Source: Bacilli bacterium | Lineage (GTDB): Bacteria; Bacillota_I; Bacilli_A; RFN20; CAG-826 | Length of the DNA: 64,000 nucleotides | Direction of reading: 5' to 3' | Assembly: GCA_045117995.1 (NCBI GenBank) | Contig: JBGUOH010000003.1 | Span: forward strand, 32,374-96,373 | Part shown: positions 60,512 to 64,000 of the stretch, in pieces | Layout: every line of letters begins with the position of its first letter | Position numbering within the stretch: position 1 is the stretch's first letter | Made by a program: the position numbers and the translations under genes | The notes under the pieces: generated by a model | Seen by the model: the letters and a program-made list of their open reading frames with translations, nothing else | The model's database searches: none | Told to the model about the DNA's origin: nothing

Positions 60512-61826
60512 TAATCTTCTTCTCCTTTTTGATCATTAAGATAACTGGGATAATCGCTAAGGCAAAAATAACACCAGTAGCGAAGAATAACCATCTATTA
60601 GGAGGATAGACCATTACGCCATATTCGTTAGGATAAGGTTCTCCGCCTAATCGACAAATAATTTCCGCGATAACCATAGGACCAATAATCATTGGGATTA
60701 AAACACAGAAAATCATTCTCACACCTTGGAATAAACCAACTTCTTTAACTGGTGTGTAGTCTCTAACTTTCGCGCCTAATACTGCGGTACTAATTAAGTA
60801 ACCTGACATTAAGATAATGCCACCGATGATTAAGCCAATTTGAGTGCCAATTCCTTGATTCGCAGGAATCGCAAACACTGTGATACCACCAATTGCACCA
60901 ACGATTAATGCAGGAATCATGATTTTGTTTTTACCAATCTTGTCCATGAATAAACCAAAGACAACAGTAATTGCGCTCGCGGTTAATAAGACAATACCCA
61001 AACTAATAGTGAAGTCTAAATCCACAATGCCTAAGATGTTTTGCACATAAAGAATGAAGTAAGGCATGAATACTTGTAAGCCAATATTGAAAACCATGAA
61101 AGCGATTAATGTGATATATAAAACTGGATTAGCTTTAATAACGCTTGGTCTAAATCCATGAATAATGTTCTTGAAATATGGTTCTTCTCTATTTGGTTTA
61201 ACCACATCATTAGGGGCTAAGAAGATAGAAGCAATACCAATGGCTAAGGTAATACCACCGAAGATATAGAAGAATAAATCCCATCTCTTAGGGGTATCAA
61301 CTTTAACATCAACGAATTTACCCGCTACAACGATAACGGCAATTAATGCCAATAATGGAAGAACGGATAAAACGCTCTCCACTTTACTACGGTTATTCTC
61401 GGTAGTGTTATCAGTAACAAAGGCATTAAATGCTGCGTCATTCGCAGTGCTACCAAAGAATGTCATCACACAGTCCATAATGACAATCATCGTACCAGCT
61501 AAGAAGACGTTATTCGCCACAAAGCTAACTGAAGACTTTGGATCTAAGAAGGCAAATAAGAGAATCGATATACCCCAAAGGATATAACCAGTGGATATTA
61601 ATAGTTTTCTTTTACCTAATCTATCGCTGACCGCACCCATGAGTAATGTTGTAATGGTGGCCGCAGCCGCGCTGCACGCAGTCATCACAGGAATAAAGCC
61701 ATATTCACTAGTGCAGTCATAGACATAAACATTAAAATAGTTGTTCTCAATGGCCCAGGCTAATTGACCAACAAAACCGGCTAAAATGAACATTAGCCAT
61801 CTTCTAATACCTATCTTATTATCCAT
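60486..61826 (-). CDS. MFS transporter, glycoside-pentoside-hexuronide:cation symporter-like
   Basis: 12-TM hydrophobic profile; 'GAVSDRLGKRK' loop 2-3 motif; adjacent to GH2 and galK. Confidence 0.65.
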   Translation of the reverse strand: MDNKIGIRRWLMFILAGFVGQLAWAIENNYFNVYVYDCTSEYGFIPVMTACSAAAATITTLLMGAVSDRLGKRKLLISTGYILWGISILLFAFLDPKSSVSFVANNVFLAGTMIVIMDCVMTFFGSTANDAAFNAFVTDNTTENNRSKVESVLSVLPLLALIAVIVVAGKFVDVKVDTPKRWDLFFYIFGGITLAIGIASIFLAPNDVVKPNREEPYFKNIIHGFRPSVIKANPVLYITLIAFMVFNIGLQVFMPYFILYVQNILGIVDLDFTISLGIVLLTASAITVVFGLFMDKIGKNKIMIPALIVGAIGGITVFAIPANQGIGTQIGLIIGGIILMSGYLISTAVLGAKVRDYTPVKEVGLFQGVRMIFCVLIPMIIGPMVIAEIICRLGGEPYPNEYGVMVYPPNRWLFFATGVIFALAIIPVILMIKKEKKINESKPTAE

Positions 61827-61837
61827 ACACGTCTCCT

Positions 61838-62998
61838 TTATTTTAGTTCAGAAGGAATTTCATTACGTATATTCACGAGGTGCACATTCTGTTCCCCGTA
61901 TTTAGCTTTTGTTTCTTTTAAAACGTTATCTAATTCATCGTTAGGGACAAGGGCGATAACTGAACCCGCAAAACCACCGCCGTTAGTCTTAACGCCAGCT
62001 TTTTCATTGGATGCTTTGATAATTAATTCACAAGCCTCCAAAGGAGAACCTTGCTTATCTTCCACATACATATTGTGTAATAAATCAGTGGATGACATTC
62101 TTGATTCATTCATTAATCTAGTAAGAACATCTAATTCACCTTTTTCAATTGCGTCAAAAGCTTCTTTAACGCGTCTATTTTCGCCAAAGAAGTGTAATGC
62201 TCTTTCGTAGGCTAATTCCCCACATTTATCAATCACGTCTTGCTTGTTTTTGATCACTTCAGCCTCTTTCACTTCTCTTAAATATTCTTTTCCAAAGTAG
62301 TGGGCCACCTTATACATATCGTCAGGAATTGCTTTATATAAATGGTCTAGTCCAGCGTGACTACCACCAGAATTAACAATCACAAAAGAATAGTTTTCTA
62401 GTGTTACTTTTAATGGCTTAACCACTGGATTAACGATATCTTCAAAATCAATATAAACAAGACCACCATAGGCCACACCGATTTGATCTAACAGACCACA
62501 CATCTTGCCATAGTATTCTCTTTCCGCAAATTGAGAAGCTTTGCATAAAGTCATAAGTGGGATTTGTTCGTTATTAAATAACTTATTAAATGTTTGAGCG
62601 AATAATAATTCAAAAGCGGCGCTGCTACTTACACCTGCGCCACCAGGAATTTGACTCTTGATATAAATATCAAAGCCACCGATCTTATATTCTTTAGCTA
62701 AGTAAGCAGCAACACCTTTAACTAAAGCATCTGGTTTACCTTTAATATCATCGCTTTTATCTAAAATAGATAAATCAATCGTGGATTCAGTAAAACCTTC
62801 ACTATAAAGGTGAACTAGTAAGTCATCTCTTCTTTTAATTGAGGCGAATATTGATAAGGAACAAGTTGCCGCCATACATAAACCATGGTTATGGTCTGTA
62901 TGATTACCTAACACTTCAAATCTACCGCCACAACTAAGATATAGTTCTGGTTCAGCTTTATATTGTTCTAAGAATTTATTCTTGAGGTAATTCTTCAT
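61838..62998 (-). CDS. galK: galactokinase
   Basis: 'GGRFEVLGNHTDHNHG' (GHMP N-terminal galactokinase signature), 'PGGAGVSSSAAF' GHMP motif. Confidence 0.8.
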   Translation of the reverse strand: MKNYLKNKFLEQYKAEPELYLSCGGRFEVLGNHTDHNHGLCMAATCSLSIFASIKRRDDLLVHLYSEGFTESTIDLSILDKSDDIKGKPDALVKGVAAYLAKEYKIGGFDIYIKSQIPGGAGVSSSAAFELLFAQTFNKLFNNEQIPLMTLCKASQFAEREYYGKMCGLLDQIGVAYGGLVYIDFEDIVNPVVKPLKVTLENYSFVIVNSGGSHAGLDHLYKAIPDDMYKVAHYFGKEYLREVKEAEVIKNKQDVIDKCGELAYERALHFFGENRRVKEAFDAIEKGELDVLTRLMNESRMSSTDLLHNMYVEDKQGSPLEACELIIKASNEKAGVKTNGGGFAGSVIALVPNDELDNVLKETKAKYGEQNVHLVNIRNEIPSELK

Positions 62999-63974
62999 CT
63001 TTCTTTTCTAATTCTGCTCTCTTTCTTTGAGCAACCACTAAACGGTAACTTAAGAAAGCACATAACGCTAATGCCGCAAAACCAATAATCATTTCTAACC
63101 ACATTGGCAAGACAGGATGAATCTTTAAGGCATCACCTAAGTTAACATCCATCCACACTCTATAGTAATTAACGATATTGGAATTGAAGAATAAGACAAA
63201 TATTGATCCGGCAATGAAACCGATAATTGCAAAGAATGTTTCCTTACGCCATTTCTTAAGTAAGATGTTCATGATTTTAGAAACAACCACAACACCAATT
63301 AAACAACCGACAGCGAAACATCCTAAGACACCAAATAGGGCACCCGTGTGTGTGAAATCACCATGTTTGAGCATTTCACTAGCCCAGTCTTTAACATTGT
63401 CCACAAGTGGTCTATAGAAGCCTAGGATTAATAAAATCAAAGAACCTGATAAACCAGGAACAGTTAACGCTACTGCGGCAATAGCGCCCACAGGGATAAG
63501 CAATAAATATAACCACCAAACTGGTTGAGGATTAAATAAGTTATCAACGGTAAAACCGTTAAGTCCAATAATAACGTTCAAAACACCTAAGACGATAACA
63601 AATACTGCTCCTAGAGCAATTAATAAACCATATTTCTTGGTAATCTTAGTGCCTTTAACTTCATCAGTAATGCCTGGGAATGAACCAAGTAAGAAACCAG
63701 CGAATACACAAATTAATACAAACATGAGGTATTCAAAGGCATAAGAGAAGATGATAATACACGCTACTACAGCGATGATAATGCCTAATAAGATAGGGAT
63801 TAAAACTTTAATAGCCCAGCCAAATCTCTTTCTAAAATTGTTAACTGCGGCAATGATATCTTCATAAACGTGGAAGATGACCGCAATCGCGGCACCAGAA
63901 ACACCAGGAATCGCGGCTCCTGCGCCGATGGCTAAACCAGCCACAAGTTTTCTAAACCATTCTTTAATTTTCAT
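62976..63974 (-). CDS. DUF368-family membrane protein (putative undecaprenyl-phosphate translocase family)
   Basis: 'AGLAIGAGAAIPGVSGAA' N-terminal motif and second 'TVPGLSGSL' repeat typical of DUF368. Confidence 0.6.
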   Translation of the reverse strand: MKIKEWFRKLVAGLAIGAGAAIPGVSGAAIAVIFHVYEDIIAAVNNFRKRFGWAIKVLIPILLGIIIAVVACIIIFSYAFEYLMFVLICVFAGFLLGSFPGITDEVKGTKITKKYGLLIALGAVFVIVLGVLNVIIGLNGFTVDNLFNPQPVWWLYLLLIPVGAIAAVALTVPGLSGSLILLILGFYRPLVDNVKDWASEMLKHGDFTHTGALFGVLGCFAVGCLIGVVVVSKIMNILLKKWRKETFFAIIGFIAGSIFVLFFNSNIVNYYRVWMDVNLGDALKIHPVLPMWLEMIIGFAALALCAFLSYRLVVAQRKRAELEKKDEELPQE

Positions 63975-64000
63975 ACAAAAAGAGTATACAAAATTTATTT

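Noticed and set aside
1-64000. Looked for CRISPR arrays, tRNA/rRNA genes, transposases/integrases and a glmS ribozyme or T-box leaders
   Set aside because: No regularly spaced direct repeats, no cloverleaf-like GC-rich 70-90-nt segments and no DDE/tyrosine-recombinase motifs were seen. The glmS leader is only ~38 nt and the aminotransferase leaders are too short or AT-rich for T-box structures.

Overview
This is an AT-rich window with standard-code genes and Firmicutes-like (possibly Erysipelotrichia-like) gene content. The first ~29 kb is a dense accessory/defence region and the last ~35 kb is mostly housekeeping. All calls are inferred from sequence motifs alone, and the largest defence-region protein remains uncharacterised. 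The accessory region contains:
- a P-loop ATPase fused to a C-terminal TIR domain;
- a small HExxH protein and a 1216-aa protein of unknown function;
- two paralogous two-gene modules (AAA_21/ABC-type ATPase plus small TOPRIM/DUF4435-like protein, reminiscent of PARIS AriAB or AbiL) located ~17 kb apart;
- a HigB-like toxin with a HigA(HTH)-ImmA/IrrE peptidase fusion antitoxin;
- a tightly coupled five-gene operon (membrane protein, DGQHR/DndB-like protein, small protein, CDA-like deaminase-motif protein, HEPN-motif protein);
- a four-gene operon (YdjI-like SPFH protein with Zn-ribbons, Zn-ribbon trypsin-like protease, Zn-ribbon-TIR-transmembrane giant protein, lipoprotein) that looks like a membrane-anchored TIR effector system built on a PspA-associated ydjGHI-like scaffold.
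The downstream part encodes:
- a seven-gene nitrogen/glutamine-economy operon (pyrG-guaA-glnN(GS type III)-purB-purA-glmS-gdhA);
- an AbiEi/AbiEii pair inserted before an unusual HTH-GlmM fusion;
- nagB;
- a NERD-domain protein;
- glycosyltransferases, two ABC exporter half-transporters fused to permeases, and glf;
- a galactose-utilisation block (GH2, MFS symporter, galK);
- a DUF368 membrane protein.
No rRNA, tRNA, CRISPR array or transposase/integrase was recognised.
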